From Dehalococcoidia bacterium (GTDB lineage Bacteria; Chloroflexota; Dehalococcoidia; DSTF01; JACRBR01): a stretch of DNA of 36,091 nt. The stretch covers positions 1 to 36,091 of the forward strand of contig JBGQBE010000030.1 of NCBI GenBank assembly GCA_041494685.1. Direction: 5' to 3'. The stretch's first letter is position 1. Each line of letters begins with the position of its first letter. The notes beneath the pieces were generated by a model. That model ran no database searches. It saw only the letters and a list, made by a program, of their open reading frames with translations, and had not been told where the DNA came from. This document shows, in pieces, positions 1 through 8,212 of this stretch. A program made the translations under genes and the position numbers.

Positions 1-835
1 CCATGTCGTAGCTGAAGATCGCCGGCCTCAGGTTCCCGATCGCCTGCTCGGCCATGCCGCAGCAGATGCCGCCGACAAGAATGCGTTCCGGGTTCAGCGA
101 CGTGAACATCGCCATCACGCCCTGGTCCTCGACGCCGACGAGGTTCTCGGCGGGGATCTCCACGTTGTCGAAGAAGATCTGCCACTGGTAGACGCCCTCG
201 GTGGCGACGGTGGGGATCGGCGTCTTGGTCACGCCCTTCGACTTCGGGTCGAGGAGGAAGAGCGAGAGCCCGTGCGACTTCGGCAGGTTCTTCGCGGCGA
301 CTTCGTCGCGGGTCGTCGTCCGGGCGACGACGAGCATGTAGTCCGCGACCTCGACGCCCGTGATGAAGATCTTCTGGCCGTTCATCACGTAGGCGTCGCC
401 GTTGCGCTTCGCGACGGTCTCGATGCGGAACGTGTTGCTGCCGGCGTTCGGCTCGGTCACCGCGAAGACGAGGATGGTCTTGCCGGAGAGGACGCCGGGG
501 ACGATCCTCCGCTTCATCTCGTCGCTGCCGTTCTTCAGGATGCAAGCCGTGTCCATGCATGTGACGAGCATGAGGCTGGGCGAGAAGCCGAGCGCGCAGA
601 TGTCCTCGAAGGCGAGCGTGAGCGCGAGCAGGCCGGTGTTGTTGCCGCCGTACTCCTCCGGCACTAGGCAACCGAACAGGCCGAGGTTGGCGAACTCGGA
701 CCAGAGTTCGTAGTTGAACTTGTGGTCGCGGTGCGTCATCTCGCGCCACTCCTTCTTGCGATGTTCGTACTTCGAGAGCATCTGCTTCACCGAGGCACGC
801 ATGAGGTTGTGCTCTTCGCTCAGCAAGAAGTCCAT
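1..835 (-). CDS. Acyl-CoA dehydrogenase (3' end runs off the window)
   Basis: Not in the ORF track. Translated by hand from ATG 835 (SD GGAGG): MDFLLSEEHNLMRASVKQ...GLFGCLVPEEYGG...FAVTEPNAGSN...YVMNGQKIFITG...IFFDNVEIPAENLVG...LNPERI, which are ACAD motifs. Confidence 0.93.
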   Translation of the reverse strand, partial: MDFLLSEEHNLMRASVKQMLSKYEHRKKEWREMTHRDHKFNYELWSEFANLGLFGCLVPEEYGGNNTGLLALTLAFEDICALGFSPSLMLVTCMDTACILKNGSDEMKRRIVPGVLSGKTILVFAVTEPNAGSNTFRIETVAKRNGDAYVMNGQKIFITGVEVADYMLVVARTTTRDEVAAKNLPKSHGLSLFLLDPKSKGVTKTPIPTVATEGVYQWQIFFDNVEIPAENLVGVEDQGVMAMFTSLNPERILVGGICCGMAEQAIGNLRPAIFSYDM

Positions 836-881
836 GTGGTGGCCTCCGGGTGACTCGTGGCTCCTGGCAGACATACCGCGC

Positions 882-1259
882 TCACGGCGCGAAGCTCGAG
901 CGCGCCTGGACGCCCCAGTGACCGTCCTGCTTGTTCACGATGTAGATCGAGTCGTACGCGCCGATCACGCTGCCGTCTTCGCGATAGCGCGTGAAGCGCG
1001 TGTCGAAATGCACTTTGTCGGCGGAGCTGTGGATGACGTTGCGCCGATCCCAGGCGCTGTGGTGCCAGCCGTCGGCGGCCATCCGCTCGAAGGTGTCAGA
1101 TCGGTGCGACTCCGGCCCTTCGATGATCCGGACGCGGCCGCTGGCGATACGGACGGACGGGTAGTTGAAGGTGGCGGCCCAGGCCGGGAGATCGCGGGCG
1201 TTCCACGCCGACATGAAGTCGTCGAGGAGGCGCAGGGCGGCCTGTTCGCTCTCGGTCAT
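882..1259 (-). CDS. NTF2/SnoaL-like small protein
   Basis: 125 aa; 'LLDDFMSAWNARDL' N-terminal helix and 'YIVNKQDGHWGVQARS' C-terminal strand typical of the NTF2-like fold; lies in the operon. Confidence 0.75.
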   Translation of the reverse strand: MTESEQAALRLLDDFMSAWNARDLPAWAATFNYPSVRIASGRVRIIEGPESHRSDTFERMAADGWHHSAWDRRNVIHSSADKVHFDTRFTRYREDGSVIGAYDSIYIVNKQDGHWGVQARSSFAP

Positions 1260-1269
1260 GGCGGTTCCG

Positions 1270-2079
1270 CTATCTCCCCTTGAACACCGGCGCGCGCTTC
1301 TCCTTGAACGCGCGCGGCCCCTCGCGCGCGTCCTCCGACGACATCGCCTGCATGCCGATCTGCAGGTCCAGCGCGAGGGCGTCCTGCTCGGGCAGGCACT
1401 CCGTGCGCTGCACCGCTTCCTTGATCTTCAGGATCGCGACGGGGCCGTTGGACGCCACCTTCCCGGCCAGTTGTCGCGCTACCGCGAGCGCCTGGCCCTT
1501 CGGCACGACGCGGCCGATCAGGCCGAAGCTCAACGCGGCTTCGGCGGGGTACATGTCCGCCGTGAGGAGCATCTCCATCGCCTTCGTGTACGGGATCTGT
1601 CGGCGGAGACGGATGACGGAGCCGCCCTGCGGATAGAGGCTCCACTTCGCCTCGGTGATGCCGAACGTCGATCCGTCGCCGGCGACGCGGATATCGGTGG
1701 CCTGCAGGATCTCGGTGCCACCGGCGAGACAGTAGCCCTCGACGGCGGCGATCAGCGGCTTCTTGAGCTGGCGGTTCCGCAGCAGGCCGTCGAAGATCAC
1801 GGTGTAATCGGCGCGGATGCGCGCCTCGAACTCGTCCTCAGGAGGCAGATTCTGCATCGATCGGGCGACGAGCTTGTCGAGATCGGCGCCGGCGCAGAAG
1901 TCGCTGCCGGTGCCGGTGAGGATGGCGCAGCGCACCTCCGGGTCGTCATCGATCATCTGCCACGCGTCGGCGAGGCGGCAGAGCATCTCCATGTTGATGG
2001 CGTTCTTCACCTCGGGGCGGTTCAGCGTCAGGGTGACGATGTGCCCGCTGCGTTCGACGATCAGCGCCGGCTCGGTCAT
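1270..2079 (-). CDS. echA19: Enoyl-CoA hydratase/crotonase, EchA19-like
   Basis: LTLNRPEVKNA, FCAGADL, AAVEGYCLAGGTE, FGITEAKW and C-terminal EGPRAFKEKRAPVFKGR; adjacent to fadD19/ltp3/ltp4-like genes. Confidence 0.88.
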   Translation of the reverse strand: MTEPALIVERSGHIVTLTLNRPEVKNAINMEMLCRLADAWQMIDDDPEVRCAILTGTGSDFCAGADLDKLVARSMQNLPPEDEFEARIRADYTVIFDGLLRNRQLKKPLIAAVEGYCLAGGTEILQATDIRVAGDGSTFGITEAKWSLYPQGGSVIRLRRQIPYTKAMEMLLTADMYPAEAALSFGLIGRVVPKGQALAVARQLAGKVASNGPVAILKIKEAVQRTECLPEQDALALDLQIGMQAMSSEDAREGPRAFKEKRAPVFKGR

Positions 2080-2082
2080 ATG

Positions 2083-3726
2083 TCAGCTCCCGGTCTTGTG
2101 CTCCGCCTGGCCCGCAGCGTTTCGCTCGGCCACCTGCTTCGCCCACTTGTAGTCGGCTTTGCCGCTCGGCGAGCGGCGCATCTCGTCGACAAGGTGCAGC
2201 TCACGCGGGACCTTGTAGCCGCTGATCTTCGCGCGGCAGTGCGCGTCGATCTCGGCAAGCGTTGGCGCCTGGCCCGGCCGCGGCTGGACGACGGCGGCCA
2301 CGCGTTCGCCCCAGCGGTCATCGGGCACGCCGACGACGATGGCGTCGAAGACGGCGGGGTGAGACTTCAGCGCCATCTCGACTTCGTCCGGGTAGATCTT
2401 CTCGCCGCCGCTGTTGATGCAGAGAGAGCCGCGACCGAGCAGCGTGACGATGCCATCAGCGTCCACCGTAGCCATGTCGCCGGGGATCACCCAGCGCGTG
2501 CCATCAGCGTCGGTGACGAACGTGCTGGCGGTCTTCTCTTCATCGTTCCAGTACCCCAGCGGGAGGCGGCCGCGGCGCGCGAGACGGCCGACGGCGGCCG
2601 AACCGGGCGCGACGCGGCGCAGGTCTTCGTCGAGGACGGCGGTGAAGGGATCGACGCTGAAGCGCGGCCGGCCGCCCTCGTTCGCGCCGAGGTTCATGCC
2701 CTGGTGGCCGGCCTCGGAGACGCCAAACGCGTCGATGAGCAGTGTGCCGCCGAGTTTCGCGCGCAACTGGTCCTTCACGGACTGCGTCCAGATCGCGCCG
2801 CCCGACGAGACGACGAGCAGCGGCGACAGGTCGTATGCCGCGGCGTCCTCGTAGAGCGCGTCGGCCAGGGGACGCGCCATCGCGTCGCCGACAATCGACA
2901 TCACGTTGACGTGCTCGCGTTCGACGAGCGACCAGATCTCGCGCGGGTCGAGGCGATGTTTCTGCGCGAGGACGACCTTGCCCCCACCGTGCATGCCGAT
3001 GAGCGCGGCCCAGTAGCCGTTCCCGTGCATCAGCGGCGCGACCGGGAGCGTCGTGGGCGGCGCGGTGCGCTCGCGGGCGGCCGGGCCGATCTGCTCCGGC
3101 GCGGTGATGTCAGGCCCGCCGGGGTTACCGCCCTGGAGCCCGGCGAAGAAGACGTCTTCGTGGCGCCACATGACGCCCTTCGGCATGCCGGTGGTGCCGC
3201 CGGTGTAGAGGAGGTAGAGATCCTGGCCCGACCGCTCGGAGAAGTCGCGCGTGGCAGACTGCGCCGCAAGCGCAGCTTCGTACTCGATCGCGAGAGGAGC
3301 AAGCGGCGCGGCCGCGCCGGGCTCCGAGCCATCCGCTACCTCGATGAACGTGCGCAGTGATCGCACGGACGCCGCGACCGCTGCGACGCGCGACCGGAAC
3401 TCGCGATGAAAGACGAGGGCGGCGACACCGGCGTCGTCAAAAAGGTAGCGCAACTCGTCCTCGACATAGCGGAAGTTGATGTTCACCGGCACGGCACGGA
3501 GCTTGAACGCGGCCAGCGACGCCTCGATGTACTCGTTGCAGTTGTAGAGGTACAGCCCGACCCGATCACCGGGTCCGATGCCCGCCGCGGCGAGCGCGTG
3601 CGCGAGGCGCGTCGCGCGCTCGTCCACGTCGCGGAACGTCAGCCGCCGATCGCCGTACACGATCGCCTCGCGCTCCGGCACGTGGTCGGCGACGCACTCG
3701 TACAGGTCCGCGAGGTTGAAGTGCAT
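2083..3726 (-). CDS. fadD19: Acyl-CoA synthetase, FadD19-like (steroid-CoA ligase family)
   Basis: Start trimmed to MHFNLADLYE (ATG 3726; 3732 also possible). LLYTGGTTGMPKGVMWRHED, GRGSLCINSGGEKIYPDEVE and RSPSGKADY motifs. Confidence 0.88.
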   Translation of the reverse strand: MHFNLADLYECVADHVPEREAIVYGDRRLTFRDVDERATRLAHALAAAGIGPGDRVGLYLYNCNEYIEASLAAFKLRAVPVNINFRYVEDELRYLFDDAGVAALVFHREFRSRVAAVAASVRSLRTFIEVADGSEPGAAAPLAPLAIEYEAALAAQSATRDFSERSGQDLYLLYTGGTTGMPKGVMWRHEDVFFAGLQGGNPGGPDITAPEQIGPAARERTAPPTTLPVAPLMHGNGYWAALIGMHGGGKVVLAQKHRLDPREIWSLVEREHVNVMSIVGDAMARPLADALYEDAAAYDLSPLLVVSSGGAIWTQSVKDQLRAKLGGTLLIDAFGVSEAGHQGMNLGANEGGRPRFSVDPFTAVLDEDLRRVAPGSAAVGRLARRGRLPLGYWNDEEKTASTFVTDADGTRWVIPGDMATVDADGIVTLLGRGSLCINSGGEKIYPDEVEMALKSHPAVFDAIVVGVPDDRWGERVAAVVQPRPGQAPTLAEIDAHCRAKISGYKVPRELHLVDEMRRSPSGKADYKWAKQVAERNAAGQAEHKTGS

Positions 3727-3734
3727 CACCATCT

Positions 3735-4892
3735 CTATGGCTTCTCCGCGCCGACGATCCACATCGAGAAGAACTGCGAGCCGCCGCCGTACGCGTGGCC
3801 CAGCGCCCGCCGCGCGCCGTCGACCTGGTGCGCGCCGGCCTGGCCGCGCACCTGCATCGCCGCCTCGGCGAAGCGCAGCATGCCGGACGCCCCGATCGGA
3901 TTCGACGACAATACACCCCCGGACGGGTTCACGGGTAGATCGCCGTCCATCGCCGTCGCCCCGCCAGCCGTCATTCGCCAGCCGGTGCCTTCCTCGGCGA
4001 ACCCCAGGTTCTCCATCCACATCGGCTCGAACCAGCTGAACGGCACGTAGATCTCGGCCACGTCGATCTCGCGGCGTGGGTCGTTGATGCCGGCCTGCCG
4101 GTACACGTCATCGGCGCAGTCGCGTCCCGCGCGCGGGTTCACCTGGTCTCGGCCGGAGAACATCGTGGGCTCGCTGCGCATCGCCGAGGCGTGCAGCCAA
4201 GCTGGCGGCCCCGGCGCGCGCGCCGCGGCGGCCTCGCTCGCCAGCACCATCGCGCAGGCGCCGTCGGACGACGGGCACGTCTCCGCGTAGCGTATGGGGT
4301 CCCAGAGCATCGGCGATGCCGCGACGGTCTCCATGCTGATCTCGGGCTGCTGGAGGTGCGCGTACGGATTCTGCAGCGCGTTCAGGCGGTCCTTCACCGC
4401 CACCATCATGCCGACGTCGGCCGGCGCACCCGAACGGCGGATGTACGCCCGGATCAGCGGCGCGAAGTAGCCGCCGGCGCCGGCGACGGTCGTCGGCTGA
4501 AACGGGATCTTCGGCGCCAGCGCCCACATGGCGTCGCTCTCGGATTGCTTCTCGAACGCGACCGTGAGCACGCGCTCGTGCACGCCCGCTTCGATCAGGT
4601 GCGAGGCCACGATCGCCGTGGAGCCGCCGACGCTGCCCGCCGTGTGTACGCGCATCATCGGCTTGCCGACGGCGCCCAGGGCATCGGCGAGATACAGATC
4701 CGGCATCATCACGCCCTCGAACATGTCGGGCGCTTTGCCGATGACGACGGCGTCGATGTCGCTCCACGTGAGGCCGGCGTCTTCGAGCGCGCGCAGCGCC
4801 GCCTCACGCACGAGGCCGGGGATCGACATGTCGGCGCGCTTCGACGCGTGCTTCGTCTGGCCGATGCCGATCACCGCGCAGCGCCGCGCCAT
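3735..4892 (-). CDS. ltp3: Thiolase-superfamily (SCP-x type) aldolase subunit, Ltp3-like
   Basis: Start trimmed to MARRCAVIGIGQTKH; RVHTAGSVGGSTA, ETCPSSDGACA, NPSGGVLSSNPIGASG and GHAYGGGSQFF motifs. Confidence 0.88.
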   Translation of the reverse strand: MARRCAVIGIGQTKHASKRADMSIPGLVREAALRALEDAGLTWSDIDAVVIGKAPDMFEGVMMPDLYLADALGAVGKPMMRVHTAGSVGGSTAIVASHLIEAGVHERVLTVAFEKQSESDAMWALAPKIPFQPTTVAGAGGYFAPLIRAYIRRSGAPADVGMMVAVKDRLNALQNPYAHLQQPEISMETVAASPMLWDPIRYAETCPSSDGACAMVLASEAAAARAPGPPAWLHASAMRSEPTMFSGRDQVNPRAGRDCADDVYRQAGINDPRREIDVAEIYVPFSWFEPMWMENLGFAEEGTGWRMTAGGATAMDGDLPVNPSGGVLSSNPIGASGMLRFAEAAMQVRGQAGAHQVDGARRALGHAYGGGSQFFSMWIVGAEKP

Positions 4893-4893
4893 T

Positions 4894-5949
4894 TCAGCCA
4901 CCCTCCAGCACGCAGACGAGATTCTGTTGGAGGCATGGCCCCGACGTGGCGTGGGCGACGGCGCGGCGCGCTCTGCCATCGATGATCTGCTGCGCGGCCT
5001 CGCCGATGCGCGCAAGGCCCGCGACCATGATCGCGTTCGCCGCGAGCGCGCCGCCCGACGGGTTGACGCGCACGCTCGCATCGAGGCCGATCGCGTCGCG
5101 GAGGATGAGTTCCTGGTGCGCGAAGGGGGCGTGCAACTCGGCGACATCGACGGGGCCGGCGTGCACGCCGGCGTTCCGCGCGGCAAGCGCGGCCGACGGC
5201 GACGCCGTCAGGTCGCGCACGCCGAGCGACGGCGGCTCGATGCGATGGTCGATGCCGCGGATCCACGCACGGCGGCCCGGCAGGCTCCGGGCGGGATCGC
5301 CTGCCGCCAGCACGACCGCCGCCGCGCCGTCCGAGACCGGCGGACAGGCATGCTTCCGCAGCGGCGACACGACGTACGGCTCGCGCATCAGTTCGTCGGC
5401 GTCGCGGTCGGACGCGACCTGCGCGGCGGCGTTGCCCAGCGCGTCGCGGCGGCTCCGGGCGGCGACCTCGGCGAAGTCCCGCTCCGTGTATCTGCCCGAT
5501 TCGAGCAGCGCGCGCGCCTGCAGGGCGGCGACGCTGACGCTGTCGGGCCAGAGCGGCGCCACGCAGTACGGGTCAAGCTGGAGCGTCAGCACGTCGCGGA
5601 TATCGCCCAGCGACGACTTGCCGAACGAGTACACGAGCGCCGAATCGACGTCGCCGCACTGCAGCTTGACCCAGGCTTCGTAGAGCGCCCACGCGCCGTC
5701 CATCTCGACGTGCGATTCGCGGATTGGGGGCCAGGCGCCGACGGCGTCGAGCGCGTTCACGAACGCGAACGGCTGGCCCGCCAGGTAGTCGCAGCTGCCC
5801 GAGACGGTGAACCCGATGTCGCCGCGGCGGATGCCGGACTTCCCGATCGCCTCCGCGATCACCGGCATCAGGATCTCGACCTCGTTGCGCACGAGTTCCT
5901 GCCGGACGTACGAGGACTGCGCGAACGAGACGACCGCTACCTCCCGCAT
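4894..5949 (-). CDS. ltp4: Thiolase-superfamily aldolase subunit, Ltp4-like
   Basis: Start trimmed to MREVAVVSFAQ (TGATG overlap with the upstream stop); ESHVEMDGAWALYEAWVK and HATSGPCLQQNLV motifs. Confidence 0.88.
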   Translation of the reverse strand: MREVAVVSFAQSSYVRQELVRNEVEILMPVIAEAIGKSGIRRGDIGFTVSGSCDYLAGQPFAFVNALDAVGAWPPIRESHVEMDGAWALYEAWVKLQCGDVDSALVYSFGKSSLGDIRDVLTLQLDPYCVAPLWPDSVSVAALQARALLESGRYTERDFAEVAARSRRDALGNAAAQVASDRDADELMREPYVVSPLRKHACPPVSDGAAAVVLAAGDPARSLPGRRAWIRGIDHRIEPPSLGVRDLTASPSAALAARNAGVHAGPVDVAELHAPFAHQELILRDAIGLDASVRVNPSGGALAANAIMVAGLARIGEAAQQIIDGRARRAVAHATSGPCLQQNLVCVLEGG

Positions 5950-6437
5950 CACAGGTGGTCCTTGTACGCCGCGTATGGCGCGTCCGGCTCGCCGGACGGG
6001 CAGAAGTAGCGGATGCTCTCCATGCTCGGCCGCAGCTCCTCGCGGGGCACCCAGACGGCCCGCACGCGCATCCCCATGTGCGCGTCTGCGACGTCGACCT
6101 CCTGCAGCAGGTGGAAGATCGCGATGTCGGCGCCATCGAGCAGCACGGATGCGGCGACGAACGGCGGCCGGATCGCCTGCCCGGGAAACGGGATGTTGAC
6201 GACGCAGAACGTGGTCACCGTGCCGGTGTCCGCGCATTCGACCTCGTCGCGCGTGGGCACTCCGCACGTGGGGCACGCGCCGCGCGGCGGGATGTACACC
6301 TTCCGGCACTCCGGGCAGCGCTGGCCGAGCAGCTTCCCGTCAGCCAGCGCGCGCAAGTGCCGCGACGCCGCCTCGCCCGCGGCGTACGTGTAGTCGAGCC
6401 GGATCGGCGTCTTGATCCCGTAGACCTGCTCTGCCAT
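5949..6437 (-). CDS. DUF35 Zn-ribbon/OB-fold protein (resembles the C-terminal half of Rv3521)
   Basis: MAEQVYGIKTPIRLDY; CPEC...PPRGACPTC zinc ribbon; GMRVRAVW; TGATG coupling at both ends. Confidence 0.85.
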   Translation of the reverse strand: MAEQVYGIKTPIRLDYTYAAGEAASRHLRALADGKLLGQRCPECRKVYIPPRGACPTCGVPTRDEVECADTGTVTTFCVVNIPFPGQAIRPPFVAASVLLDGADIAIFHLLQEVDVADAHMGMRVRAVWVPREELRPSMESIRYFCPSGEPDAPYAAYKDHL

Positions 6438-6898
6438 CAGGTCCCCTCCGGCTCGAAGCAGGCGATGTCGTGGATCTCGCCGGTGGTCTCGTCGCGCCAG
6501 CGCACGCGCACGCGCATGCCGGTCGCCATGCGCCGCTCGTCGACGGCATCGACTGCATGCAGCATCGCCGTGTCGGCGCCGTCGGGGCGGATGAGGGCCC
6601 AGGCGAACGGGTGCTGGAGCGGCTGGTTGGGGCGCGGCTCGTCCACCCACGCCCAGGTCAGCACAGTGCCCGACTGCCCGACTTCTACGAAGTCACCGAC
6701 CGGATCGCCCGTCTCGGGGTCGTACTCCTGAGGCGGAAACAGCACGCGGCCGCCCGCCGTGCGGACGCCGACCAGCTTCCGGTCCTGGAGCTCGCCGAGG
6801 AAGCGGCCGATCACCGGGCCGACGCTGCGCGTGTAGGTGTACTCGAGCGTGTGGAGCGCGGTGAGCGCCGGAGGGTCCGCGGTCGGCCGGTCGGTCAT
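6437..6898 (-). CDS. DUF35/OB-fold protein without Zn-ribbon cysteines (resembles the N-terminal half of Rv3521)
   Basis: ATG 6898 after GAGG; YTRSVGPVIGRFL, PPQEYDPETG, FAWALIRPDGADTAMLHAV and TGMRVRVRW motifs. Confidence 0.85.
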   Translation of the reverse strand: MTDRPTADPPALTALHTLEYTYTRSVGPVIGRFLGELQDRKLVGVRTAGGRVLFPPQEYDPETGDPVGDFVEVGQSGTVLTWAWVDEPRPNQPLQHPFAWALIRPDGADTAMLHAVDAVDERRMATGMRVRVRWRDETTGEIHDIACFEPEGT

Positions 6899-6970
6899 GC
6901 TCGTCGCCTCGGCGGGATGAGCCGTCTTCGCCGGCATGGGCCCGCTGGGCCGCGCCGCGAACCGGGTCCT

Positions 6971-7012
6971 TATCCTGACCATCCATACGTGATGTTACTA
7001 CCAGTTGGTTAG
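6971..7012 (-). promoter_or_regulatory. Candidate promoter (-10 TAACAT at 6997-6992) of the sterol operon, overlapped by an operator-like sequence
   Basis: AT-rich patch. Minus strand AACTGGTAGTAACATC resembles GntR/FadR TGGT-N3-ACCA boxes; near-palindrome ACCAGTTGGT at 7000-7009. Confidence 0.35.
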
Positions 7013-7039
7013 CGAGAATAGCCCGCTGCCGGGATGCAG

Positions 7040-7402
7040 TCAAGGAGCGCCGTGCGGCGGCGCGCGCAACGGCCGGCTCACTCGGGCGCGCGCGAGGTTG
7101 TTCTCCTGCCAGTCCTCAAAGCGCATGACCACGACGCGCAACGGCTTCCGCCCGACGCGGGGCTGGCTCAGCACGACCACCGGCACCCTTCCGGTCTTCT
7201 CAGATGCCTCGATGCTCTGCTCCAACGCCCTGCGCACGCGGACGGGGATCGCCTTCATCGTCTTCACTTCCACGCCGTATTGACCGGTCTCCAAGTCGCT
7301 GCGACGGGCTCCGGCACTCGGGATCCGCGACGTGCCGAGCGCCTCGGCGATGCTCTGCTCCTGGCGCTTCCAGCGCCGATTGCCACCGTTACGGCTGCTC
7401 AC
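7040..7402 (-). CDS. Small PD-(D/E)XK nuclease / phage Holliday-junction-resolvase-like protein
   Basis: GTG 7402 after SD AGAGGAGG; 120 aa with WKRQEQSIAEALG..RIP..G..SDLET..YGVEVKT (E...D...ExK) followed by VPVVVL. Confidence 0.75.
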   Translation of the reverse strand: MSSRNGGNRRWKRQEQSIAEALGTSRIPSAGARRSDLETGQYGVEVKTMKAIPVRVRRALEQSIEASEKTGRVPVVVLSQPRVGRKPLRVVVMRFEDWQENNLARARVSRPLRAPPHGAP

Positions 7403-7579
7403 ACGACCTCCTCTGCTTTGACAGTCGCGGGTGAAACGAGGCTTCCGCGGTTCGCGCGATGTCAAGTCAACGGGCACCCTCCGCCGCGTCATCATGCCAC
7501 AATAGTCAACTGGAGGCCGTTGTTCTGCTCGCCTTGGTCACCGGGAGGCTGAGCGACTATCGAACAGGAGGAGAACACG

Positions 7580-7999
7580 ATGCGCAAGGTCATCGCAAGC
7601 GTCAGCGCCTTCATCGTCGGTGCGATCCTCGTGGCGGCGTCCGGCGCCGGCCATGCCCGCGCCGAAGGCGAATACACCTCGAGTTCCGTCGCGCTCACGA
7701 GAACGACCCTGGTGTGCGACGGCCGCCACCGGACGAAGGCCGTCGTCCGGACGTTCGCCGATCCCGGGCAGACGGTCCCGGTGCCGGACGTACCGGTGCT
7801 GGTCGGCTGGTACCTGCCAGATGGGACACCGGCGCAGGCGACCGGGGTGACGAGCAGGCGCGGCGTGTTCCGTGCCAGCTTCGAGCCAGACACCCACGGG
7901 ACGCCGGGGCAATTCATCGTTGTCTTCATCGTCGGTCACAGCATCAGCCACCTCTGGATCACCTGCGAAGCACCGCGGCGCGAACACACGCGATCGTAG
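7580..7999 (+). CDS. Secreted hypothetical protein, possibly Ig-like beta fold
   Basis: SD AGGAGGAG; MRK plus a hydrophobic stretch and ARA cleavage site; beta-rich mature part (GVTSRRGVFRASF). Confidence 0.7.
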   Translation: MRKVIASVSAFIVGAILVAASGAGHARAEGEYTSSSVALTRTTLVCDGRHRTKAVVRTFADPGQTVPVPDVPVLVGWYLPDGTPAQATGVTSRRGVFRASFEPDTHGTPGQFIVVFIVGHSISHLWITCEAPRREHTRS

Positions 8000-8114
8000 C
8001 GCCGGGGTCCCGCTCATCACGGCCCAGCCCATCCGGCGCGCGGCCACGAACGGCGGACGCCGCCGACACGCGCACCGTTCGCCCGCCTGCGCCGGTAGAC
8101 CGCGGCCGCGCGCA

Positions 8115-8181
8115 ACGGCCGCCCGGCACTGCCCGCCACGACGTTCGGCACTGGACGCGGCTCCGCGCCGCGGCGTACGGT
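8115..8181 (+). promoter_or_regulatory. Tandem DosR/OsdR-like boxes plus -10 element upstream of the molybdoenzyme operon
   Basis: ACGGCCGCCCGGCACT (8115-8130), CACGACGTTCGGCACT (8137-8152), 23 nt, then TACGGT (8176-8181). Confidence 0.5.
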
Positions 8182-8212
8182 CGCGCCAACCGAATCCGCG
8201 GAGGTTCCGACA

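Noticed and set aside
1165..3360. Long opposite-strand or alternate-frame ORFs (e.g. 1165-3360, 4528-6009, 7459-8997, 8645-11050, 16736-17824, 24825-26084)
   Set aside because: Shadow ORFs expected in high-GC DNA; they have no motifs and overlap well-supported genes.
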